Shown piece by piece: positions 17,984-26,878 of a DNA stretch of 28,280 nucleotides. Under the pieces are notes generated by a model. The model had not been told where the DNA came from. It ran no database searches and saw only the letters and a program-made list of their open reading frames with translations. Source of the stretch: Candidatus Hermodarchaeota archaeon (GTDB lineage Archaea; Asgardarchaeota; Lokiarchaeia; Sigyniarchaeales; SOKP01); NCBI GenBank assembly GCA_048885525.1, contig JBHLLP010000046.1:1-28280 (forward strand). Reading direction: 5' to 3'. Numbering within the stretch: position 1 is the first letter of the stretch; each line of letters starts with the position of its first letter. A program made the position numbers and the translations under genes.

Positions 17984-20509
17984 ATGACAATAACCGATTT
18001 TTCTGACGATATTGGGGATGATGAAATAGATACTGATTCTAATCGTGAAATTTTCAAATTTATTACAGATAAACGAATTTTACGAGTTCTTTTTGAAAGT
18101 AAAATATTCCTATTACGGGATATCCAAAAAGAAGCAATTAAAAAAGGTTTATTCTTCAGTAAATCATTTTTAGTATGTGCACCTTCGGGCAGTGGAAAAA
18201 CATTAATTGGGGAAGTTTGTGCTATAAATAATGTATTTCAGAAATTTGGGAAGTCAGTATATTTGGTACCATATAAAGCTCTTGCTTCAGAGAAGTACTT
18301 TCATTTTAAAAAGAGTTATGAACGATTTGGAGTGAATGTTGAGCTTTCGATAGGTGATTATGACGTTGATGATTCAAAACTACAAAAAGCAGATATTATA
18401 GTTACTACATATGAGAAAATGGATTCTATTTTAAGAAATTTTTATGATAAAGAATGGATTTGTGAAATTTCTACCATTATTATTGATGAGATTCATATAA
18501 TTGGTGAAAGCGATCGGGGATCAAGACTAGAATCACTAATAGTTAGATTAAATGAATTCCTCTGCAAACCACAATTAATCTCATTATCAGCAACCATTGC
18601 AAATCCCGAATTTTTTAATTCATGGTTATCCTCACTTGGAAATATAACCACGTTAATCAAGTCTGATGATCGTCCTGTACCACTCCACTATAAAATTGAA
18701 ATAACCCAAAATAAAGATTCTACAATTAAACGACTTGTAAAAGCGACTTTAGAAAAGGATGGACAAATTCTTATATTTCTAAATAAAAGAAGAGGCGCAC
18801 AACAATCCGCAGAGAATGTTAAAAATTTGGTTAAGAAATTTTTGAAAGATAATGAAATAAATGTATGTAAAGCTTTAGAAAGACGATTAACATCTATAAA
18901 AGGTGGGCATAAGGATTTAAGGAAAATAATTAAATATGGAGTAGCCTTCCATCATGCGGGACTACTTCCTAAAGAACGTAAAATCATTGAAGATAATTTT
19001 AGGAAGCGGATAATTAAACTAATATGCTGCACAACAACTCTTTCCGCTGGGATCAATGTTCCTGCACGTTTAGTCATTCTAAAAGACTTTAAGAAGTATG
19101 TAACCTCGGGACATAAAATAAAGAATTTTTCTGGATATCATGAGAATGGGGACGGGTTTGCATATTTTAAGCCATTTTCTGCAAATGAAGTATTTCAGAT
19201 CTTAGGAAGAGCTGGAAGACCAGGTCTGGATTCAATAGGATATGGAGTAATATTAGTGAAGGATATTGAAGAGAAAATGTGGGTTGAGGATCACTTTTTT
19301 GAAAATACATCTCTTCATACAAATCTAAAACCACGCTATAATGACCTTTATTCCGGGTTAAATAAGATTAATACACTGAAAGAACAAGTCCTTTTACGAA
19401 TCTATGAAGAAAAAAAGATTACAATTGAAAAATTAAAACAATTTTTCGAAAGAACATATTTTTGGTATGGTATTAAATATAAAATGAAAGAACAAAAGAT
19501 TCCGATTGAACAGTTATTAATGATAAAAGAGATTACCCCGATTAATATATTGAAACTTCACTCTAATGCTCAAAAAGTTAAATCTTTAAAGGAACATAAT
19601 TTTCAAATCAAATTATCTAAATTTAATGATTCAAACATTTCAGGATATATAAAGACGCCATATGGTGTCTATTATTCTCAATTTGATATTTTAACTGGAA
19701 TTCAGTGTAGTTGTGGGTTTGAGAATGGTATCTCCGATAATTTTGCGAATGAAGAATTTAGTTTCGAGTTCTGTGATCATGTATCAAGTTTCTTAATTTA
19801 CCTTATTCAACTTCCGGACGTTAATTTCCAGAAATATGTAGAAACTATCATTCCAAAATCTGTGAAGAACCAATATATCTTAAATTATTTGTTTGAGAAA
19901 GGCTTAATTATTAAAACTGATGATGGTAAAATTAAATGTTCTCAGTTTGGTAAACTAATAATTCGATTATATTTATATCCAGTTTCTGGTGTAATGATAC
20001 GTTATAAGCTTGAAAATGTTGAGATAAAAAGTTTCCAAGATTTAATTAAAGAAGCATATGAGATTTTAAAGGCTGAATTTCGTGTAAAGGATTATAAAAT
20101 GCTCCAACCGATTATTGAATGGGCTGATGAAGAACCCATTGACCAAATTTTAGAAAAATATAACATTATGGCAGGTGATTTATTCACAGTAAGGGATAAT
20201 TTAAAACGGATTATCATTTTTATAGGAATTATTGCAAATAATCTGAGTACGCATGGAATAGATTTACAAGATAAGTTGGTCAAAGTAGCTGAGATGGCAG
20301 AAACCCTCCAAATACGCTTACAGCATGGAATTCGAGAAGAGTTATTTGATTTAGTATTGAGGTTGAATGATGTTGCTCGTGTGAGAGCACGGATTTTATA
20401 TAATGCCGGTTATCATACCGCTACACAAGTAAAAAAAGAAAACCCTTATATTCTTAATCAAAAAACGGGGTTAGGAATAAATCTAATTAAGAAAATAATT
20501 AAAGGATGA
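17984..20509 (+). CDS. hel308: Hel308/Hjm (Ski2-like) SF2 helicase with an inserted SWIM zinc finger and C-terminal HhH
   Basis: Motifs APSGSGKT, PYKALASEK, DEIH, LSATIAN, HHAGL, TTTLSAGINVPA and QILGRAGRPG. The C-terminus has RARILYNAGY. AGGTGA RBS at ~17972. Confidence 0.88.
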   Translation: MTITDFSDDIGDDEIDTDSNREIFKFITDKRILRVLFESKIFLLRDIQKEAIKKGLFFSKSFLVCAPSGSGKTLIGEVCAINNVFQKFGKSVYLVPYKALASEKYFHFKKSYERFGVNVELSIGDYDVDDSKLQKADIIVTTYEKMDSILRNFYDKEWICEISTIIIDEIHIIGESDRGSRLESLIVRLNEFLCKPQLISLSATIANPEFFNSWLSSLGNITTLIKSDDRPVPLHYKIEITQNKDSTIKRLVKATLEKDGQILIFLNKRRGAQQSAENVKNLVKKFLKDNEINVCKALERRLTSIKGGHKDLRKIIKYGVAFHHAGLLPKERKIIEDNFRKRIIKLICCTTTLSAGINVPARLVILKDFKKYVTSGHKIKNFSGYHENGDGFAYFKPFSANEVFQILGRAGRPGLDSIGYGVILVKDIEEKMWVEDHFFENTSLHTNLKPRYNDLYSGLNKINTLKEQVLLRIYEEKKITIEKLKQFFERTYFWYGIKYKMKEQKIPIEQLLMIKEITPINILKLHSNAQKVKSLKEHNFQIKLSKFNDSNISGYIKTPYGVYYSQFDILTGIQCSCGFENGISDNFANEEFSFEFCDHVSSFLIYLIQLPDVNFQKYVETIIPKSVKNQYILNYLFEKGLIIKTDDGKIKCSQFGKLIIRLYLYPVSGVMIRYKLENVEIKSFQDLIKEAYEILKAEFRVKDYKMLQPIIEWADEEPIDQILEKYNIMAGDLFTVRDNLKRIIIFIGIIANNLSTHGIDLQDKLVKVAEMAETLQIRLQHGIREELFDLVLRLNDVARVRARILYNAGYHTATQVKKENPYILNQKTGLGINLIKKIIKG

Positions 20510-20790
20510 AAATGAATTCAAAAACTGTAGACATAAGCAAAATAAAGATCCAAAAATCAGAATCATCGTCAGAGGATTCAGATAATAAAGAACCTCAATC
20601 TAATAAAATGGTGAATGAAAACATTGAAGATATCTGTGATGAAAACTTGACCACGCTACAAAAAATCCATGCAATATTACTCAATTGTGTGAATCTCTCA
20701 AAGAAACAAAAACTCGAATTCTGTGAAAGTGAACGGTATTTTATGAAGCTCTATCTGAAAAAAGTACAAGATAAAAATAGAACCGAATGA
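20506..20790 (+). CDS. Hypothetical protein, 94 aa
   Basis: ATGA overlap with the helicase stop codon suggests translational coupling. Confidence 0.65.
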   Translation: MKMNSKTVDISKIKIQKSESSSEDSDNKEPQSNKMVNENIEDICDENLTTLQKIHAILLNCVNLSKKQKLEFCESERYFMKLYLKKVQDKNRTE

Positions 20791-20877
20791 ATGGTAAAAT
20801 ATAATAAATATCCTAAAACTTTGAAGATAGATGATAAATATTCAATAGATTGAAAACAATTAAAAAATAATCTTGTG

Positions 20878-21847
20878 ATGAGAAATAAAAGTATCAGAAA
20901 TAAAAAAAAAATTCATTGATGAATTTGCTCGAGGTAAGAAATTAACAACTTTTCAAAAAAACCGATTAATTTTTGAAATTGGGGTCATTCGAGGGGATTA
21001 TGAACTTGGTTTACAATTTATTAATTATATCAAGGAAAATAAAGCTGCCATTGAGTCTTTTATTGATGATTTAGATTCTGAGAGCCAAAATGAAGTAAAA
21101 ACGATATTAATGAATCTTGAATTTATAAGCACTCATACTCCAATAGAAACGGTGCATAAGTTTATTATGAGAGGGGCTGAAGTACTTGCACAATTAAATA
21201 CCATTGAATCTATTAAAAATAAATATGAATTGCCATTGGATATGTATGAAGAATCCATTTTTAAGTATAAACATGGTTTAAAGTTTGTACCTCAAAATAT
21301 TCTAAACGCTTTGAATAATAAAGATTTTCTTGATTGCGGTGCTTATATTGGTGAATCAGCACTAATATTTGAAAGAGACTACAAACCAAACAAGATTTAT
21401 TCTTTTGAGCCAGTTCATGAAAACTATAATTTACTTATAGAAACTATTAAATTAAATAACTTAGAAAAAGTAATCCCTGTTGATAAAGGTGTAGGCGAAA
21501 AGAGTCGTACTGCAAAATTCCATTCTCAGGGTATTAGTTCATATATTTCTGAAGATGGAAATGCCGAAATGGAACTTATATCTATTGATGAATTTGTTAA
21601 TGAGAATAATCTTTCTGTTGGGTTGATTAAAATGGATGTGGAAGGTTATGAATTAGAAGCATTAGAAGGAGCAAAAAAAACAATTCAGGATCTTAAACCT
21701 GTTTTATTAATAGGGATATATCATAATCCAAAAGAATTGTTTGGCGCAATTAAATATATAAAAACGATAACAAGTAAATATAAATTTAAGATTAAACACT
21801 TGGCGGATATCAGGCCACTTGGAGAGATTCACTTAATTGTTTGGTAA
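20878..21847 (+). CDS. FkbM-family SAM-dependent methyltransferase; N-terminus apparently frameshifted at an A10 run (track ORF 21110-21847)
   Basis: Motifs FLDCGAYIGES, IYSFEP, IKMDVEGYELEALEGA and IGIYH. The frame is open from 20882 with no start codon, and the ATG at 20878 joins it if one A is removed from 20902-20911. Confidence 0.85.
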
Positions 21848-22133
21848 ATAATTTAAACATCCATGTAAGCTCTTATCGAACTTTCTTTTAAGAAATTAAG
21901 GAAGCAAAATGAAAATACATAAGTATGTCTTTACGAGTAGCAAAACTTTACTCCGAAAAATATGTCTACTAAAAATTTAAATTAATTATAATGTAGAAGA
22001 TTTAAGTTGAAAATATCTATATTTCTTTTGCTATAATTGAGAAAAACTTCAATTTTATTCCAATAGACTTTTTATTTGAATATTTAGGATCTTATAATAG
22101 ATAAGAATATAAATTTGTAAAAAGGTCTTAATT

Positions 22134-22349
22134 ATGAGTTCTCAAACAGTAGAAAAAAAGGAGCACATATTCCCTATTTACGAGACATATTTAGAGGACT
22201 CAATTAATTTTGATGATATCATTATTCCGTTCTCAGATATAGGTAGATCCAAAACCCCTTCATATATTTACAAGGGGGATGAAGATATCACTTTCAAGAA
22301 AAGGCACCCTATATTTCAAAAACTTTTATTAAATGAGTTTACGGAATAA
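22134..22349 (+). CDS. Small hypothetical protein, paralogue of 22946-23185
   Basis: 71 aa; shares MSS.T.EKK, IIPFS..G, YIY.G and F..RHPI.Q..L.NEF with the downstream ORF. Confidence 0.8.
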   Translation: MSSQTVEKKEHIFPIYETYLEDSINFDDIIIPFSDIGRSKTPSYIYKGDEDITFKKRHPIFQKLLLNEFTE

Positions 22350-22454
22350 GGTCAAAGTTTATTCTTATTATATAAATCGTCTCTTTACAAAAATGTTAAA
22401 TATCATTTGATAATAACATTAATTTGAATACAATTTTGTAAAATTTTTATTTAG

Positions 22455-22793
22455 GTGAGAAATTTGGTATATATTATAACAGAACATTGGTGGCCTCCTG
22501 GTAAATCAGAGGGGGTCGGAAAAGTCTACCTTGAGGTAATGAAAAAATTTCCCGATGACAGATCCATAGTTAAACCAATTATTCAGTCAGCAGTATGGCC
22601 TGTTCCAGAAGCGATGCACAGTATTACTGTAAGTACCGTCCAACCTGGGAAGGTTAAAGAAGCTATGGATCTGTCAACTAATCGATTACTTATGTTAGGT
22701 AAAGCCATCGAAGGATTCCGATATACGATGAATATAGCTTATGATTTAGTTGAAGCTATGCCATTCGTGGGTTTAAAAGCACCTGAAAGTTAA
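22455..22793 (+). CDS. Hypothetical protein (~110 aa)
   Basis: Clean ORF. The true start may be the TTG at 22464, after AGGTGA. Confidence 0.8.
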   Translation: MRNLVYIITEHWWPPGKSEGVGKVYLEVMKKFPDDRSIVKPIIQSAVWPVPEAMHSITVSTVQPGKVKEAMDLSTNRLLMLGKAIEGFRYTMNIAYDLVEAMPFVGLKAPES

Positions 22794-22945
22794 GATTTTA
22801 GTATAATTTAATTTTTAAATTCCTTTTTTTTAATTTTAAAGTTATTATATATTTATAGAAATCATAAAATCTCAGATGACTTGTTATTTTTCTTTAAATA
22901 TTTATGATCTCATCATGTATTAGAAGGTGTAAATGTGAGAATATA

Positions 22946-23185
22946 ATGAGTTCTAAGACATTAGAAAAAAAGTCTGAAGAGATTATTAAAGCAGAGGTTA
23001 TTAGTGAACCTTTTAGACTGAAAAAATTTATTATTCCCTTCTCTCAATTTGGGAAGCCAGAGCGATATATCTATTTAGGTTTTGAAAGGATTCCTTTTCG
23101 AGAACGGCATCCCATATATCAAGAAATCCTAAAAAATGAGTTCGCTGATGTGATAAAGCAATTTAAAAATATTATTAGACAGTGA
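22946..23185 (+). CDS. Small hypothetical protein, paralogue of 22134-22349
   Basis: The start was moved from 22904 to 22946 (MSSKTLEKK) by alignment with the paralogue. Confidence 0.8.
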   Translation: MSSKTLEKKSEEIIKAEVISEPFRLKKFIIPFSQFGKPERYIYLGFERIPFRERHPIYQEILKNEFADVIKQFKNIIRQ

Positions 23186-23234
23186 TTTAAAATACCAATT
23201 TAATTTAATCCTAAACTTAGAATATCATTGTTCT

Positions 23235-23753
23235 TTACTGATTCAGTTTAAATAAAGATTCCTCTATTTGCAATAAAATTCCTTGGTTTAGGAAATTCCT
23301 TGTTAAAAGTTTTACTTCTGAATCAGGAATCCCATATTTTTCAGCCATAACTTCTATCACATAATAGGGGAATTCTCTATAAAGCTCAGACAATTCTATA
23401 ATAAGTTTTTTGAACTTAGCATAATTTTCATTGTCATTATCTTCCTCAATTATTTTCTTATGTGATTTAACCAAATTATCAATTTTATAATCATTTGATG
23501 CTCTAAATTCTGGATAATTCCCTAACTCCTCTAAAGCAAGCTCATTCTGTCTTCTTTTTACGGATTCCACTGCGGATGAGATGCCTTTGACAATTTCGCC
23601 ATTCTCTAAAATCTTAATAACTATATGCGAATGACCACAACGGACACATTTTTTTGTTTTTTGAGTTGTTCTCACATACGTATATTGTTTACATTTCATA
23701 CAAGGAAACACTAAATACGGAGTTTTATCCCTTTTCCATGCCATATCCTCCAT
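23235..23753 (-). CDS. Zn-ribbon (DUF1922-like) protein with a possible C-terminal winged helix
   Basis: YLVFPCMKC...KKCVRCG. The C-terminal EVMAEKYGIPDSEVKLLTRNFLNQGIL is wHTH-like. Confidence 0.75.
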   Translation of the reverse strand: MEDMAWKRDKTPYLVFPCMKCKQYTYVRTTQKTKKCVRCGHSHIVIKILENGEIVKGISSAVESVKRRQNELALEELGNYPEFRASNDYKIDNLVKSHKKIIEEDNDNENYAKFKKLIIELSELYREFPYYVIEVMAEKYGIPDSEVKLLTRNFLNQGILLQIEESLFKLNQ

Positions 23754-23769
23754 TTTTAATCACGTTATT

Positions 23770-25914
23770 CTATTTAGGATTTTCTAAGATATTTTTTATG
23801 ATAAAATATAGTTCTTCCTCATTATCAATAGCAATTCCTTGAAATTCATACTGTTTCGAGAATTCTTGAATTTTTCTTTTCATGACACGTTTCTCCTCCT
23901 CAATATTTTCTTGAAATTCAATAAAATCAAATATGATGATTAAAAGTGAACAAATTTGCTTAAAATCCTTGATGTCTGAAAGTAATGTATTAGAATTAAG
24001 TTCTCTAGGGTTATAAATCTGGATAAGCACTTTATTATGTATTACAATATGAAGATCTGATTCCTCAACTTCAAAAAGAAAACCATCGTGTTGTAATTTA
24101 TTTCGTATTCCAAATTTCATTGGAAATGATTTACTAATCTTCAAGGGGCTGGTTAATTTAACGGGATAATCTCCATCAATAAAAGATAGGAGTTTTGATT
24201 GAATATTTCTTTTTATTATCTTTCGAGGGTGATATTCTGGAGATTTTATGGTGCACTGATCTATTTTTGGAACTAAATTTTCCTCTTTAACCGTATCTTG
24301 AAATGAAAGTTTTTGGTACGAATCTTTTAGTTGATGAGGTTTCTTAAGATTAATATTCATACGTTTTAATTTATTCAAGGCAATTTGTAGATAAATTTCA
24401 TCTCGAGTCTTCTTACTATATAAAATAACTACCTTTCCCTCTCGATGGCGTGCTGTTCTTCCTTTACGTTGAATTAATCGAATTTCAGAAGCTACCACAT
24501 CATAAAATATAACTAAATCACATTCAGCAATATCTAGTCCTTCTTCACCAACGTTAGTGGAAACCAGAACATTATATTCTCCATTTTTAAACTGTTCTAA
24601 AATCTCTATTTGTCGATTTTGGGATAACCCTTTATCATCCTGAGATTTAGTTGCCTGTCCCACAAATCTTACGGGTTTTATTCCATTAATCTTTTTAAGA
24701 TTATGGGCAATATTTTTTACAGAATTCCTTAATTTTACGAATACTAAGATCCGTGAAGAAGGATTATTAGATAATTCGTCTAAGATAATTTTTATTAATA
24801 TATTATATTTTGGATGAACTAAACTTTCAGGAGAGATTTCCGCATTCTTTTTAAGTTCCAAATAAATACGATTTAAACGTCCATCAGAAGCTAGAATTCT
24901 TGTTGCTTTTGAACTAGATTTCTTTTTCGCATCTTTATGAAGTTTGTTAAAATAATCTAATAAGACATTTAACCCTTGTTGCTCAACGAGTTCGAGCATA
25001 TGATATAAAATTAACCCTTGGGCGTTGATAGATAAGGCACTATACACACCAGTCTTTTCTCCATTATTATTTAAGCGGTTCACCAATTCAGCATTTACTT
25101 TCAATAGATCTTTTCGAATTACCTTAGTATGTAATTGTTCTCCTTTTGGTTCGAGGAAGTTAAGTTGTGATAGATAATGTAATCGTTCTTCTAAAACAGC
25201 GGTAATTAATTGGTATATATCTTCCATTAAACTTGTCATATCGACTCCAATTTTGTAAATATCCATCGGTTTTAAGTATGTCTTCACATCTTCATCCTTG
25301 CGTGTACGGATATGGATATTATCTAAAGGGATGTATAAATTTTCGCATAAAGTGTTAATTTTACTTTTTGAAGATCCAGGTGAAGCTGTTAGTCCAAGAA
25401 TAATTCCATCAGGGCTTTGTTCTACAAATTCGTCTGCAATCATAGTGTATGCATATTCACCAGATGCATGATGAGCCTCATCAAATATAATTAATGCAGT
25501 ATTGTGTAAAGTATATTTTCTGTTTACTAAGTCGTTTCGCAGCGTTTGGGGTGTATAAAATAATATTTGCGTTTCAGCAAAAATACCGACTCTATCTTCT
25601 GGAAGGGTTTTTCCAGTTAGAATTGCACATTTTTCTTTTGAAATCTTCAAGAATTTCAAGAATGTCTCATAATGTTGATTAATTAAAGGTCGTGTTGGAG
25701 CAAGTACAATAATTTTGCTATTAGGAGGGAATTTTTCTAATATTTTACTTGCTACAAGCACAGCAATTATTGTTTTTCCAAGCCCTGTCGGTAATACTAC
25801 TAGAGAATTTTTATCGACACATTCATTTGCTATTTTAACTTGATATTCTCTTATTTGAAGTTCGTATGAATTTAATGTTGAGATTCTATTAGTTTCTTCT
25901 TCTATTTCACCCAT
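23770..25914 (-). CDS. hef: Hef/FANCM/Mph1-family helicase with a degenerate C-terminal ERCC4-like domain
   Basis: Motifs REYQ, LPTGLGKT, APTRPL, DEAHHA, GLTASPG, RFVGQA, GEEGLDI and IQRKGRTAR. Confidence 0.9.
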   Translation of the reverse strand: MGEIEEETNRISTLNSYELQIREYQVKIANECVDKNSLVVLPTGLGKTIIAVLVASKILEKFPPNSKIIVLAPTRPLINQHYETFLKFLKISKEKCAILTGKTLPEDRVGIFAETQILFYTPQTLRNDLVNRKYTLHNTALIIFDEAHHASGEYAYTMIADEFVEQSPDGIILGLTASPGSSKSKINTLCENLYIPLDNIHIRTRKDEDVKTYLKPMDIYKIGVDMTSLMEDIYQLITAVLEERLHYLSQLNFLEPKGEQLHTKVIRKDLLKVNAELVNRLNNNGEKTGVYSALSINAQGLILYHMLELVEQQGLNVLLDYFNKLHKDAKKKSSSKATRILASDGRLNRIYLELKKNAEISPESLVHPKYNILIKIILDELSNNPSSRILVFVKLRNSVKNIAHNLKKINGIKPVRFVGQATKSQDDKGLSQNRQIEILEQFKNGEYNVLVSTNVGEEGLDIAECDLVIFYDVVASEIRLIQRKGRTARHREGKVVILYSKKTRDEIYLQIALNKLKRMNINLKKPHQLKDSYQKLSFQDTVKEENLVPKIDQCTIKSPEYHPRKIIKRNIQSKLLSFIDGDYPVKLTSPLKISKSFPMKFGIRNKLQHDGFLFEVEESDLHIVIHNKVLIQIYNPRELNSNTLLSDIKDFKQICSLLIIIFDFIEFQENIEEEKRVMKRKIQEFSKQYEFQGIAIDNEEELYFIIKNILENPK

Positions 25915-26525
25915 TATTTATCTTTCTCCACTATAAATGTATAATTTCCAACTTGAATTGAGTTGATTTCTTTATTGCTTTTATTATATGATATAATTAG
26001 CTCTCCTAATTGAAGACCTAATTTTGAGGGGTAGATCACACCATTTCCATAAGATTCGAATAAATATGGGTGTTCCTTTTTAATTTGTTTCAAATTCGAC
26101 AATAAATCTGATCCATTTTTAGCAATATTAAACCCTTTTCCTCTTTTTACAAACTTAAATGTATAGATGATATCATTTAAGAGTCTGATGTATGATTGTT
26201 TGATTCTTATTGTTTGAGGTACATTATCTCTATAAGCTTTTCCATTCCTTACAGCAATTAGATACACCTTATTATTAGCTCTTTGTTTTTTGAGTTTGTA
26301 TCCTTGAAATATATTCTCAAAAATTTCTTGGAAAGCAAGTATTAATGAAATAACTTCATCAATTTCAGAAGTTGGAATTTTAAGTTGTTCGAGTAACCCT
26401 GTAAAATTCAATTTTTTATTATAATTGCCTTTGTAATTCTTTAATATATCTATGATTTGGGTGAATACTTGGATCATATTCCGGAGTGCTATTTTAGAAT
26501 CGTAAGAATTCATACCTGAAGTCAT
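25914..26525 (-). CDS. Hypothetical protein, 203 aa
   Basis: TAATG overlap with the hef start suggests co-transcription. Confidence 0.8.
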   Translation of the reverse strand: MTSGMNSYDSKIALRNMIQVFTQIIDILKNYKGNYNKKLNFTGLLEQLKIPTSEIDEVISLILAFQEIFENIFQGYKLKKQRANNKVYLIAVRNGKAYRDNVPQTIRIKQSYIRLLNDIIYTFKFVKRGKGFNIAKNGSDLLSNLKQIKKEHPYLFESYGNGVIYPSKLGLQLGELIISYNKSNKEINSIQVGNYTFIVEKDK

Positions 26526-26878
26526 TATTAGGAATAATATAATGAGTAAATAAAAAGGAAAAATCGTGATAATCTTTTCTTAAAAAAGAAATTAGATTTT
26601 TATATTTACAAGACAAGTAATCAAACTAAGGGGATTTGTGATTAATGAATCCACTACTTCAAAAGGAACTCCAGGATATCACTAAAATTTTAAAGATTAT
26701 CTATTTAATACCCTTTTAAATGCAAGAATCTAAATTTTATTATTTTGCGGTTTTAGGGGAGTGTTTCTTAAAAGATCCTTAAAATATTAGAAAAACATAA
26801 TTAATAATTAAAATATTTTAATTTAAGAATTAGTATTTTTAAATCCAAATTTAGTTATAGGTTATTCAAGAGATCAAG

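Noticed and set aside
20876-20881. UGA readthrough to explain the start-less FkbM extension
   Set aside because: There are two consecutive in-frame TGA codons; the A-run frameshift is simpler.
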